64,000 nucleotides of DNA from positions 2,232,001-2,296,000 of the forward strand of contig JBNRSN020000010.1 of NCBI GenBank assembly GCA_051313645.2. The letters run 5' to 3'. The notes beneath the pieces were generated by a model that worked only from the letters and a program-made list of their open reading frames with translations, was not told where the DNA came from and ran no database searches. This DNA is from Centroscyllium fabricii. Its lineage: Eukaryota. How positions within the stretch are numbered: the first letter of the stretch is position 1; every line of letters begins with the position of its first letter. Of this stretch, positions 12,301 through 23,789 are shown one piece after another. A program made the translations under genes and the position numbers.

Positions 12301-13636
12301 ATAAACTGAACAGAGTCAGTACAATAAATGAAGAGTAGGAATATAAATATACAATGTACAGTGTCAGTACAATAACAGTACAACAGGTATATAATTATAC
12401 ACGGAACATCGCTGCATTAATTGTGAAGCAGCGATACATATATACACTGAACTGAGTCAGTGCAGTAACTGTGCAGCAGGATTACAAATGTACATTGAGC
12501 AGAGTCGCTAAAGTAACTTTAAAGCAGGAAATCATATATACACTGAACAGAGTCATTACAATAACTGTGCAGCAGGAACACATATATAGACTGAAAATAT
12601 TTAGTGTGGTGACCATACAGCAGGAACACATATATACTCAGAATAATGTTAGTACAGTAACTTTACAAGATGAATACATATATACACTGAACAGAGTCAG
12701 TTAAGCAACTGTACAAGAGGAATATAAATATTCATGGGACCAAAACACTGCAATAACTGTAGATTAGGAATACATACATACACTGAACAGAGTCAATGCA
12801 GTAAATGTACAGCAGGAACACAAATATACACTGAAAAGATGCATTGCATTAACCGTACAGCAGGAATACATATACAGTCTGAATAGTTTTAGTACAGTAA
12901 CTGTACAGCAGGAATACATATATACACACTGAACTGTGTCATTGCAATAAATGTACATTACTAATATAAATATACACTGAACAGAGTCAGTGCCATACAT
13001 GCAGAGTAGGAATAAAATACACTGAACAGTGTCAGTACAATAACGGTATAGCAGGTATATAATATACTGGGAACATCGTCACTGCTGTAACTGTAAACCC
13101 GGAATATCTATATATACTGAACCGAGTCAGTACAGTAACTGAACAGCAGGAATACTTATGTACACTTAACAGACTCATTGCAATAACTGTACAAAGTAAT
13201 ATAAGTATTCATGGTACATAAACGCTGTGGTAAATGTACACTAGGAATAAATATATACACTGAAACAGTTCAGTGCAGCAATCACACAGCAGGAAGACAT
13301 ATATATTTTGAATAGAGTTAGTACAGTAACTGTACAGCAGGAAAACATATACACTGAATAGAATCATTGCAATAAGTGTACATCATGAATATAATTATAC
13401 ACAGATCATAGTCAGTGCAGTAACTGTAAAGCAGGAAATCAAATATACACTGAACAGAGTCAGTACAGTAACTGCACAAAAGGAATATAAATATACATTT
13501 AAACGATTCAGTGCTGCAACCATACAGCAGGAAGACAGATATACCCTGAATAGAGTTAGTACAGTAACAGTACAGCAGGAACACATATATACACTGAACA
13601 GAGTCAGGACAATAACTTTACAGCAGGAAAAAATAA

Positions 13637-13675
<39 letters not shown>

Positions 13676-13937
13676 TAGATCATAGTCACTGCAGTTACTG
13701 TAAAGCAGGAACACATACTGAAAATAGTCAATACAGTAACTGTACAGTGGGAATACATATATACATTGAACATATTCAGTGCATCAATTGTACAAAAGGG
13801 ATATAAATATGCACGGAACATAGTCACTGCCGTAACTGTAAAGCAGGAAATCATATATACATTGAACTGAGTCAGCACAGTAACTGTACAGCAGGAACAC
13901 ATATACACTGAATAGCATTAGTACAGTAACTGTACAG

Positions 13938-13939
<2 letters not shown>

Positions 13940-14011
<72 letters not shown>
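13940..14011. repeat. (TA)n microsatellite expanded from the satellite's ATATAT linker
   Basis: About 70 bp of uninterrupted TA; the paralogous site at 36967-36998 is much shorter. Confidence 0.95.
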
Positions 14012-14017
<6 letters not shown>

Positions 14018-14553
14018 TAATGAACAGAGTGCAGTAAATGTAGAAAAGGAATATAAATATACACTGAGCATTGTCAGTGCAGTAATTTTAAAGTAGTAAT
14101 ATATGTATAGACTGAACGGAGTCAGAGCAATAACTGTACAGGAGGAACACATATATACACTGAACAGAGTCAGTGTAGTAAATGTACAGAAGGAACAAAT
14201 GTATATGGTGAAAAGATTCAGTGCAGCAACCATAACGCAGGAAGACAGATATACTCTGAATAGAGATAGTACAGTAACAGTACAGCAGGAAAACATATAT
14301 ACACTGAACAGAGTCATTACAATAAATGTACATTAGTAATATAAATATACACTGAACAGTGTCAGTACAATAACGGTATAGCATGTATATAAATATACAC
14401 AGAACATAATCACTCCATCAATTTTAAAGCAGGGATACATATATAGTCTGAATAGTGTTAGTACAGTAACTTACAGCAGGAACACATATACACTGAACAG
14501 AATCAGGACAATAACTGTACAGCAGCAATATATATATGTACACGGAACATAGT

Positions 14554-14954
14554 GGGCGGCACGGTGGCACAGCGGTTAGCACTGTTGTCTCACAGCACTG
14601 GAGACCCGGGTTCAAATCCAGCCTCGGGCGACTATCTGTGTGGAGTTTGCACATTGTCCTCGTGTCTGCGTGGGTTTCCTCCGGGTGCTCCGGTTCCCTC
14701 CCACAGTCCAAAGATGAGCGGGTTAGGTTGATTGGCCAGGATAAATTGACCCATAGTGTTAGGGGGATTGAATATGTGGGGTTACGGGGATAGGGTGGGA
14801 TACGTGTTGGTGCAGGCTCGATAGGAATCGAGGGACATGGGGAGAGGGCAGGGGCGGGGTACTGGGTTTGGATGATCAGCCATGATCTCATTGAATGGCG
14901 GAGCAGGCTCGAAGGGCTTAATGGCCGACTCCTGCTCCTAGTTTCTATGTTTCT
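14554..14954 (+). mobile_element. HE1-like tRNA-derived V-SINE, long-tail type, TSD ATAGT
   Basis: A box TGGCACAGCGG, B box GGTTCAAATCC, V-domain GTGTGGAGTTTGCACATT...GGGTTTCCTCCGGGTGCTCCGG, CR1-type tail (GTTTCTAT)n; ATAGT at 14549-14553 and 14955-14959. Confidence 0.93.
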
Positions 14955-16684
14955 ATAGTCACTGCCGTAACTGTAAAGTAGGAAATCTTATATATTTCTG
15001 AACAGACTCAGTACAGTAAACGTACAGCAGGAACAAATGTATACACTGAAAAAATTCAGCGCAGCAACCATGGAGCGGGAAGACATATATACTCTGAATA
15101 GAGTTAGTACAGTAACTGTACCGCAGTAATATATATATATACAGTGAACAGAGTCATTACAATAAATGTACATTAGTAATATAAATATAAATAGAACAGT
15201 GTCAGTATAATAGTGTAGAAATAAAAATATACACTGAAAATAGTCGCTGCATTAATGTTAAAGCAGGGATAAATATATACAATGAACACAGTCAGTGCAG
15301 TGATTGTACAAAAGGGATACACATATACAAGGAACATAGTCACTGCTGTAACTGTATTGCAGGAAATCATATATACACTGAACAGAGTCAGTACAGTAAC
15401 TGTGCAGCAAGAACACATATATACACTGAAAATATTCAGTGCAGTAACCGTACAGCAGGAATACATATATACTCTGAATAGTGTCAGTAGAGTAACTATA
15501 CAGCAGGAATATAAATATAAATTGAACATTAACGCCGCAGTAACTGTACAGAAGGAATACATTTATACACTGAACAGAGTCATCCAGTAACTGAACAGCA
15601 GGAACACATATAGAAACTGAAAAGATTCAGTGCAGTAACCATACAGCAGGAATATATATATACTCGGAATAGTGTTAGTACTGTCACTGTACAGCAGGAA
15701 CACATATATACTGGGAATAGTGTTAGTACTGTCACTGTACAGCAGGAATACATATATACACTGAACAGAGTCAGTGCAGTATCTGTGCAGCAGGATTACA
15801 AGTGTACGTTGAGCAGAGTCGCTACAGTAACTGTAAAGCAGGAAATCATATATACACTGAAAACATTCAGTGCAGTAACCAAACAGCAGGAAGACATATA
15901 TATTCTGAATAGAGTTAATACAGTAACTTTACAGCAGGAAAAAATATACATAAACTGAATATAGTACCGTTACGATGAAGTAGGAATATATATATATATA
16001 TATATATATACTGAACAGACTCAGTGTATTAACTGTACAAAAGGAATATAAATATACACAGTACATATTCACTGCTGTAAGTGTAAACCAGGAATATCTA
16101 TATACACTGAACCGAGTCAGTACAGTAACTGAACAGCAGAAATACTTATCTACCCTGAACAGACTCATTGCCGTAACTGTACACAAGTAATATAAATATT
16201 CATGGAACATAAACGCTGCATTAACTATACGCTAGGAATACATATATATACTGGAAAAAACCAGTGTATCAATCATACAGCAGGACGACATATATTCTGA
16301 ATAGAATTAATACAGTAACTGTACAGCAGGAAAGCTATTATATATACACTAAATAGAATCATTACAATAACTTTTCATGTATATTTATATTCCTGATGTA
16401 CAGAGTCATTACAATAACTGTATAGCAGGAATATAAATATATACGGATAATAGTCACTGCAGTAACTGTAAAGCAGGATATCATATATACACTGAACAGA
16501 GTCAGTACAGTGATTGTACAGCAGGAACACATATATACTCAGAATAATGTTAGTACAATAACTTTAGAGGATGAATACATATATACACTGAACAGAGTCA
16601 GTTAAGTTACTGTACAGGAGGAATATAAATATTCATGGGACCTAAACACTGCGGTAACTGTAGATTAGGAATACATACATACAC

Positions 16685-16991
16685 TGTAAGAGTTCGCAAT
16701 TACCGCGATTCAATAACAGGAGAAAAGCCAGTTTAATTGAACATTTTATTAGACAAAATGGCTGCAACACAGAAAAGGGCTGCGGCTCTTTGGAAGAGAG
16801 AGAGAGAGGGGCCTCTAAGATGGCCAACCGACCCAGTGACCAACTGACCAGAACTTACCAGTACATCTCCCGAATAAACTTAACTGCCATCCAGACAATA
16901 TTATGTATTGGCTTTGTAAAAGCCCGCGAAAACTTGCCAGCACCCAGACATGGAGGCGCTGAGGAATGACACTTCTTGTAAGATTAAACAA
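16685..16991 (-). mobile_element. Probable partial LTR terminating satellite array 1
   Basis: Minus strand ends ...CTCTTACA at the satellite break, with AATAAA (16745-16750) about 60 bp upstream plus CCAAT and GCCATNTT motifs; no second terminus or TSD found, so the right boundary is uncertain. Confidence 0.45.
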
Positions 16992-17091
16992 TTTAAAAAA
17001 AATTGAATTGAATTGATACAGAAATAGAGAGAGAGAGAGCGAGACAGAAACTGAGCATGTGAGCACAGGGGACATGCAGCGAATCGGGATT

Positions 17092-17276
17092 GGGACTGAG
17101 GAGAGAGGTCTCACAGAGAGAGCACAGAGGTGATGGGTTGAATGGAAAGAGGGACTGAGGAGGGAAAACTCAGAGAGAGAGCACAGAGAGAGCACAGAGG
17201 TGATGGGTTGAATGGAAAGAGGGACTGAGGAGGGAGAGCTCACAGAGAGAGAGAGCACAGAGGTGATGGGTTGAAT
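17092..17276 (+). repeat. Three purine-rich tandem units of 60-70 bp
   Basis: GGGACTGAGGAG...GAGAGCACAGAGGTGATGGGTTGAAT at 17092, 17151, 17221. Confidence 0.9.
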
Positions 17277-17496
17277 TTGGAAAGGACAGGAGAATGGGGC
17301 TATGTAATGGAACGCTCTAAAGGTCTGTGATTCTACACTTTCATGATCAGTTACTGGCTTGGCTTTGCCGCATGGACCATGTAACTAGGTTTCCCACCAC
17401 AGACTGGGAGATGGGAGCACTGGTGTGGTACACCCTGCACCGCAAGAATGCGTGGCGAGCTATTATATTAACGAGAAATTCAACGTCTTTTACTTA

Positions 17497-17563
17497 GGTA
17501 TCTGCCGTGGCTCAGTTGGTATCACTCTTGCTGCGAGTCCAAGGTTCTCTGTGTTCTTGGAAC
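17497..17563 (+). mobile_element. 5' tRNA-like head of a SacSINE1-like DeuSINE, split by the LTR element
   Basis: GCCGTGGCTCAGTTGGT A-box; the element continues after the second GGAAC at 21738. Confidence 0.75.
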
Positions 17564-18434
17564 TGTTGTGTATGTGCCTTTTAGTTATTATACTGGGAAC
17601 CGCTATGTGGTGCCACAATACTGTAGTACTTTGGCCAACCACTAGTGTATATAAGTTTGTGCGCGGAACGATATGCTCAGTTTCAGTTATGTTCCATACT
17701 CTGTAATAGAAGAATAAATACCTCCTTGTTTTATACTTTGGAGTCTAGTCCGTTGTTATATGAGACACATAGCATGGACTTAACAATGGTGATGAGGTTG
17801 GTCGAATCTACGGCAGTGTAATCAGTTTACAAGAAAAAAAAAAAAAAATTCTTACCGGCGACCATCGACTACAACGACATACCCTGCACTCCAAAAGTTG
17901 GAGCAGCAGTGATTCTTCAGTGACGCAGAGGGAACAGAGACAGCCAGCACTCCAAAATCGGGAGTGGCGTTGGCACTAGCCACAGAACCAGCTCTTCAAC
18001 ATCGTGGGGAGGAGCATTGGAAATAGCGTCGATGGCAGGAGGTAGCAGAACTCGGGGACCCAGCCAGCAACAGCAGTCAGTCATCGGACATCAACCTCGG
18101 GGCAGGGCCAGTGCTACAGCATCAGTCGGACATCGGACGTCGGCCGCGGGGGCAACCATCAGCGGCAGCAGTCGGACATCGGGCGTCGACAGCGGAGTGT
18201 GAACAGAGGCAGTCGAGCATGGAGGCTGTCGAGGATCAGATTTGGTCCTCCAGCCAAGGGACAATGGGCAAATCCAGGTAGAGCGCAATCCACCCAGCGA
18301 TCGCGGGTTATCGGAAACGCAGCAGGGAAGAAGCAAAAAGGCGGGAAAACACAATTTGGGGCGGGAAAAGCGCCGGAAGAGAAGCAAAAAGGTGGGAAAA
18401 GATGCCATTTTGGACGCCATTGGGAAACGTAACC

Positions 18435-19140
18435 ATGGCAAAATCAGACACATTTGGGGCCTTCCAACTAGAAAAGGAAGACTGGGAGGCATACCTAGAA
18501 TGCTTTGACATCTATTGCCAAGTACAGGCAGTCACTGATGCAAACAAAGCCGGCACCCTACTGAATGCAATGGGGTCTGAAACTTACGGGTTGTTGAAAA
18601 CCCTGGTGTCCCCAGATAAGCCAGTGGACGAAACCCTACTACAGATTATAGACATTTTAAAAGCAAACTTAAACCCCAAACCATCATCATTTATAGCAGA
18701 ACTCTTCAAGTTCTTCAAACGGTACCAACAAAAAGGAGTGTCACAGTCAGAGTACCTAACGGAGCTCAGAAGACTGTCTAAAAATTGGGTATTTGGGGAT
18801 GAACTGCCAAACTACTTAAGGGACAGACTTGTGTGGAATTTTAGATGAATGTACCCAAAATAGACTATTAGCCAAAAAGACGCTCACACTAGAGCAGGCG
18901 ATAGAAATCACTGCAGCACATGAGGCAGCTGCTGTGGGGGCAGAAGAGATAAGGAACAAGGGGATCTACTATGATCCCATGAAATTACAACCAGCACTAA
19001 AAAGTGCTACTGCTGCGGCAAGACGACACACGACCAGAATAATTGATGGGCTAAAGATAAGGATTGTCAACAGTGTGGCAAGATAGGCCATATAGCGGCA
19101 GTTTGCAGATCTGGGAAGCTAACTAAAATATTACAGAAAT
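18435..19140 (+). pseudogene. gag: gag with two CCHC zinc knuckles, frameshifted
   Basis: EDWEAYLECF...LLNAMGSETYGLL...YLTELRRL...LRDRLV/CGI...RLLAKKTLTLEQAIE; knuckles CYCCGKTTHDQNN* (last C lost to a stop) and CQQCGKIGHIAAVC at about 19005-19107. Confidence 0.9.
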
Positions 19141-19269
19141 AGACCAGGTCTAAGAAGGTACACAAACTCTCTGAAGATAGTTCGGGTGACGAATCAGAAA
19201 ATTCAAATAGTGGAGAATGAGGTCTCGAAAGTCTCAAAGTCCACAATATGGTCAATTCCACAGACCGCA

Positions 19270-19580
19270 GTATTATGTGGGTTCCCCTCAAGGTTGCAGG
19301 GGTTGAGTGTCAATGGAATTAGATACGGGGTCAGCCCTCTCTGTTATCAATGAAATGTTTACAGAAAGGCATTCAGAGGGGTGCCTTTAGAAGAATCGGC
19401 AGTTATATTAAAAATATATATGGGACAGAAGTTCCGGACAATGGGCAGACTGCACGCAACAGTTCAATATAAGGACAGGAAAGTAAAGGGACTGTACCTG
19501 TATGCTTCAAAGAGGAGTTCACCACTCCTGGGGCGTGAATGGATAAAACAAATCCATATCGGTTGGAACTCGATCCATGA
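19270..19580 (+). pseudogene. Retroviral-type aspartic protease, frameshifted
   Basis: MELDTGSALSVI (DTG at 19322-19330) and C-terminal LLGREWI motif. Confidence 0.88.
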
Positions 19581-21162
19581 CTTACACATAGAGGGTGAGG
19601 AAAATGATGCAGCCATGTCAGACAGACTGGGTATACACCAGATGCATATTTCCCATCTGACTCAGGGGCTGCTGGAAGCCCGAGACCAAATTGAATTGTT
19701 GTGGACTGCACAAAGTGAGTGGGTTTATCAACACAACCGATCACACTTGAACGGAGCACTTCAGACAACTGAAGGAGAGACTTTGAGTGACATAGAAACA
19801 TAGAAACTAGGAGCAGGAGTAGGCCATTCGGCCCTTCGAGCCTGCTCCGCCATTCAATGAGATCATGGCTGATCATCCAAACCCAACACCCCGCCCCTGC
19901 CCTCTCCCCATATCCCTCGATCCCTATCGAGCCTGCACCGACACATATCCCACCCTATCCCCGTAACCCCACACATTTAATCCCCCTAACACTAAGGGTC
20001 AATTTATCATGGCCAATCAACCTAACCCGCACATCTCTGGACTGTGGGAGGAAACCGGAGCACCCGGAGGAAACCCACGCAGACACGGGGAGAATGTGCA
20101 AACTCCACACAGATAGTACCCGAGGCTGGATTTGAACCCGGGTCTCCAGTGCTGTGAGAAAACAGTGCTAACCGCTGTGCCACTGTGCCGCCGTGACATG
20201 ACCATGGGTGCCGTATTGGCTGAACCAAAAGATGACACGTTGCCTTATCGTGCTGGACTGAGTTACGCACCTCCATCACTGATATCGGCAAGCACCCCAG
20301 ACACACAAAAGGGCTGCAAGGACTTGGCTAACAATACTCAGAGCCCAGTAGTCGACTCTAAATCTGGGAAGAACGTTAATAAAAAGAAAGGTCTTCTAAA
20401 TAACAGTCCTGTGATTTCCTATAGGACTGCTGCTTCAGAAAGGTACTCAGTCCCTGATGGTGGCTCTACTTCAGAAATACTCAAACTTGAATTGAGCGAT
20501 AAGAATGATGTGCAGGACAAGGAGATCAGTTGTCTCCAGATTAGTTTCGAAGATCAAGAGAAATTTCTGCAAGCTGAGCTACAAACCTCCAAAGCTACAG
20601 TGGCCGCATTGCAGGACAGAAATGTGTCACTGGAGGAGATGCACCAGGATCGGGACAAAGAAATGGACCAACTTCAGACTCAGATACAGGAGTTGCGGGA
20701 AAATAACAAAGTACTGCAAGATTACGTGGATGAGGCCAAGGAACAAAATAAGGATCTTCAGACACAGTTGAGCTCCAAAGTAACTGACTATGAGAGCAAG
20801 TTGGAGCAGCTCTCCACCGACATGAAAGAAAAGTGCTTGGTTGCAATAGTCAAGCAGCAAGAGGCTGAAAATAACCTGCTAGCAGTGCAGAAACTTTTTA
20901 AACAGTCAATTGATGAGGTTGATGGACTTCAGGAGGATCTGGCTGTAATGGAGCAGTAGAAAGCGCTATTGTCGGAAGGTAAAGTTGAGGTTGAAATGAA
21001 ACTCGACTGCGTGAATGCTGAACTCGGGAGGTTGGGGTTTTGTTTGGGACAGCTGAGGAGCAAGGCCATCCGCAGTTGATGGACACCGAATGGTGAGGAA
21101 AATATGGCTAACAGATTGCCGATAAAAGCCGACCTCAAAAGCAAAGAATCAACACCATTATA
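19581..21162 (+). pseudogene. Unknown coiled-coil ORF in frame with the protease, interrupted by a SINE and two stops
   Basis: Removing 19794-20199 (SINE plus one TSD) joins ...GETLSD to MTMGAV... in frame; the E/Q/K/L-rich tract LQAELQTSKATVAALQDRNVSLEEM...LQEDLAVMEQ reads on past TAG 20957 to TAG 21160-21162. Confidence 0.7.
19794..20192 (-). mobile_element. HE1-like V-SINE, long-tail type, TSD GTGACAT
   Basis: Reverse complement of the 14554 element; GTGACAT at 19787-19793 and 20193-20199. Confidence 0.94.
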
Positions 21163-21738
21163 GAAAAACTAGAAATTGTTAAATGTAAAAATTGTTAACA
21201 ATGTTAGTGTTCAAGTGTATCGAGTTGATGTACCATGTTGTTAAGAAAGGTACCATGTGACGAAGATTGCAATGTGATAAATGTACGTTAACCATTGTTG
21301 TAATTATGTTATTTCGATTTAGATAAGTTAACATGGAACATTCGAGTTAAAAATATTGCTTGTATGCAAAATGTTATAATGAGTAGAATGGTGTCGAAAA
21401 TTGTTGTAAGAGACTAACTAGCACCGAACAATGTATGTAACAAAAGTTAACTGTTGTACCCCCTTGTGTACTTATCATCGTACCTGTACGATTGAAGTAA
21501 GAAAGGAGGAATGTTGTGTATGTGCCTTTAAGTTATTATACTGGGCACTACTTTATGTGGTGCCACAATACTGTAGTACTTTGGCCAACCACTAGTGTAT
21601 ATAAGTTCATGCGTGGAGCGATATGCTCAGTTTCAGTTACGTTCCATACTCTAATAGAAGAATAAATACCTCCTTGTTTTATACCTTGGAGTCTAGTCCG
21701 TTGTTATATGAGCCACATAGCATGGACTTAACAGGAAC

Positions 21739-22146
21739 CACTCCAGACATTTGAGCACAAAATGCAGGCCGAAAGTCCTCAGTATCTGGACTGAGCACGG
21801 GACTGTGGGAGTTACTGTCTCTTAAGATGAGGCTCAGTCAGCCCTCTCAGGTGGTGGTAAAAGCTCCCCCGGCCACTCTTTGAAGAAGAGCGGGGGGCGG
21901 GAGGGGCAGTTCCAGCCTATATCCTGGCTGATATTTATTCTTCACGCAACATCACTAAAAGAATACAGATAATCTTGTCATTATCTCATTGCTGTTTCTG
22001 GGAGCTTGCTCGCCATAAGTAGTTTGCCGTGTTTCCTACATTCCAACCGTGACTACAGTTTGATAGTAATAAAGTGGTAAAGGGCTCGGGGACAGCCTGA
22101 GTTCAGGAAAGGCGCTGTATAAATTCCAGTCTATTTCTTTCTTTCT
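21739..22146 (+). mobile_element. Body and tail of a SacSINE1-like DeuSINE
   Basis: CACTCCAGA..TTGAGCACAAAAT, GCCCTCTCAGGTGG..GTAAAAG, GAAGAAGAGC, TCATTATC.CATTGCTGTTT.TGGGAGCTTGCT, GTTTCCTACATT.CAAC.GTGACTACA, GAAAGGCGCT.TATAAAT and a (TTTC)n tail match the recalled dogfish SacSINE1 consensus. Confidence 0.82.
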
Positions 22147-22147
22147 A

Positions 22148-22933
22148 GGATGCATTTTGGAAGGACTAACAAGGCAAGGGAATACACAATGAATGCTAAG
22201 ACCCTAGGAAAGACAGAGGATCAGAAGGACCTTGCTGTGCATGTACACAGATCCCTGAAGGCAGCAGGACAGGTAGATAAGGTGGTTAAAAAGGCATATG
22301 GGATACTTGCCTTCATTAGCCGAGGCATAGAATATAAGAGCAGGGAGGTTATGATGGAGCTGTACAAAACGCTGGTAAGGCCACAGCTGGAGTACTGTGT
22401 GCAGTTCTGGTCGCCGCACTATAGGGGGATGTGATTGCTTTGGAGAGGGTGCAGAGGAGATTCACCAGGATGTTACCTGGGCTGGAGTGCTTCAGCTATG
22501 AAGAAAGACTGGACAGGCTGGGGTTGTTTTCCTAAGAGCAGAGAAGGCTGAGGGGGGACCTGATTGAGGTGTACAAAATTATGAGGGGCATAGATAGGGT
22601 GGATAGAAAGGAACTTTTCCCCTTACTGGAGGGGTCAATAACCAGGGGGCATAGTTTCGAGGTAAGGGGCAGGAGGTTTAGAGGGGATTTGAGGAAAACC
22701 TTTTTTCTCAGAGGGTGATTGGAATCTGGAACTCACTGCCTGAAAGGGTGGTAGAGGCAGGAACCCTCACAGCATTCAAGAAGCATTTAGATGAGCACTT
22801 GTAACGCCAAAGCATACAAGGCTACGGACCAAGTGCTGGAAAATGGGATTAGAATAGACAGGGCTTGATGGCCGGCGCGGACACGATGGGCCAAAGGGCC
22901 TCTTTATGTGCTGTCACTCTTTGACTCTATGAC
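22148..22933 (+). mobile_element. 5'-truncated CR1 LINE (3' end)
   Basis: MHFGRTNK...VRPQLEYCVQFWSPHYR; 3' end ACGATGGGCCAAAGGGCCT...GTGCTGT and GACTCTATGAC tail. Confidence 0.93.
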
Positions 22934-23529
22934 ACTGCTTGCCCTTAAAGAACACTCTACCATCCCAAGGGCGACATGTTCCGCAAACTAGCTGAAGGAT
23001 TCTTTCCCAAAATGGGGCTGCATTAAGCAGTCCTGGTGCCGGGAGTTGGAGAATCTGGGCCTAAGTAGGCCCGAGATTGGATTTGAACATGTGTCCTCAG
23101 TGCGAGCAGTTTCAGCACTGTGTTGAAAATTGTGCCGTTCTTTAAATTAGTGAACAGTTGTGGTTCATATATTCGGACTCCTTTAACCAAATTGTCCCCA
23201 GCTATTCTTTATAATGTGGAGATTTTCACTCATTTTGTATATATTTTATCGTAGATAAGTTTTACATTTTTTAAAAGTGTTTTTCTTTCATATGCAAAAA
23301 GTGAGGTGATTTAGTCCCAGGTGAGAGAGTCTCTCTTGGGCCTGGAGCATGAAGTGGAAACAGGACCGCCTGACAGATGTGTCACTTGCAATCCGTAATG
23401 ATGCAATCCTTGTTGATCAAGGGCTTTGCGCTGAATCACTGAGCAGAGCTAATCAGGCTTGACAGTGTTAACCATCTAGATGCCAAAGAACAGACACGTT
23501 GAAAGAATGAGAAAAGTCCTTAATGCCAA

Positions 23530-23789
23530 GAATCTATCCATCGACACACACTATCTTACTGTTAAGTCACACATTCTGTCCATATATACACTACTTTATA
23601 GTTAATACACACGTACACAGTCCATCTACAACTATATTATCGTTACTACGCACACTCTCTATCTATACACTATCTTACTGCTAATACACACACAGAGTGT
23701 TCATCTACACACTATCTTATTCTAAGTAGACACTCACTGTACATCAAAACACTATCTTACTGTTAATACCCACACTCTCTATCCGTCTA
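23530..23789 (+). repeat. Degenerate ~40-bp minisatellite (TCCATCTATACACTATCTTACTGTTAATACACACACTC-like)
   Basis: About six units; continues at 25675-25746; related tracts at about 27500-27770, 28780-29170 and 44220-44490. Confidence 0.8.

Larger units (their letters stand above)
3376..16685 (+). repeat. 48-bp satellite array 1 (consensus about ACACTGAACAGAGTCAGTACAGTAACTGTACAGCAGGAATACATATAT), interrupted by two CR1s and a SINE
   Basis: CTGAA anchor recurs at 3523, 3571, 3619, 3667 (48-bp steps); diverged monomers continue to 16685. Confidence 0.95.
17564..21733 (+). mobile_element. Full-length non-autonomous Gypsy-type LTR retrotransposon (4.17 kb) with 5-bp TSD GGAAC
   Basis: Two 222-bp LTRs (17564-17785, 21512-21733, TGTT...AACA), GGAAC at 17559-17563 and 21734-21738, PBS-like TGGTGATGAGG from 17787, PPT AAGAAAGGAGGAA 21499-21511. 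Confidence 0.96.

Noticed and set aside
14554-14630. tRNA gene (A and B boxes), also at the other SINE heads and at 17497
   Set aside because: tRNA-derived SINE heads continuing into V or Deu domains; no complete cloverleaf seen.
3376-16685. CRISPR-like array (palindromic repeats at regular spacing)
   Set aside because: No unique spacers, monomers are contiguous and diverged, no cas genes, and the context is vertebrate.
20132-20959. Stand-alone 275-aa host gene or env
   Set aside because: Its start lies inside the antisense SINE, it sits between two LTRs in frame with the protease, and no signal peptide or transmembrane segment is evident.
22934-23529. Apparently unique segment as a possible exon
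   Set aside because: No ORF of 60 aa or more, no recognisable domain, and no convincing paired splice sites.
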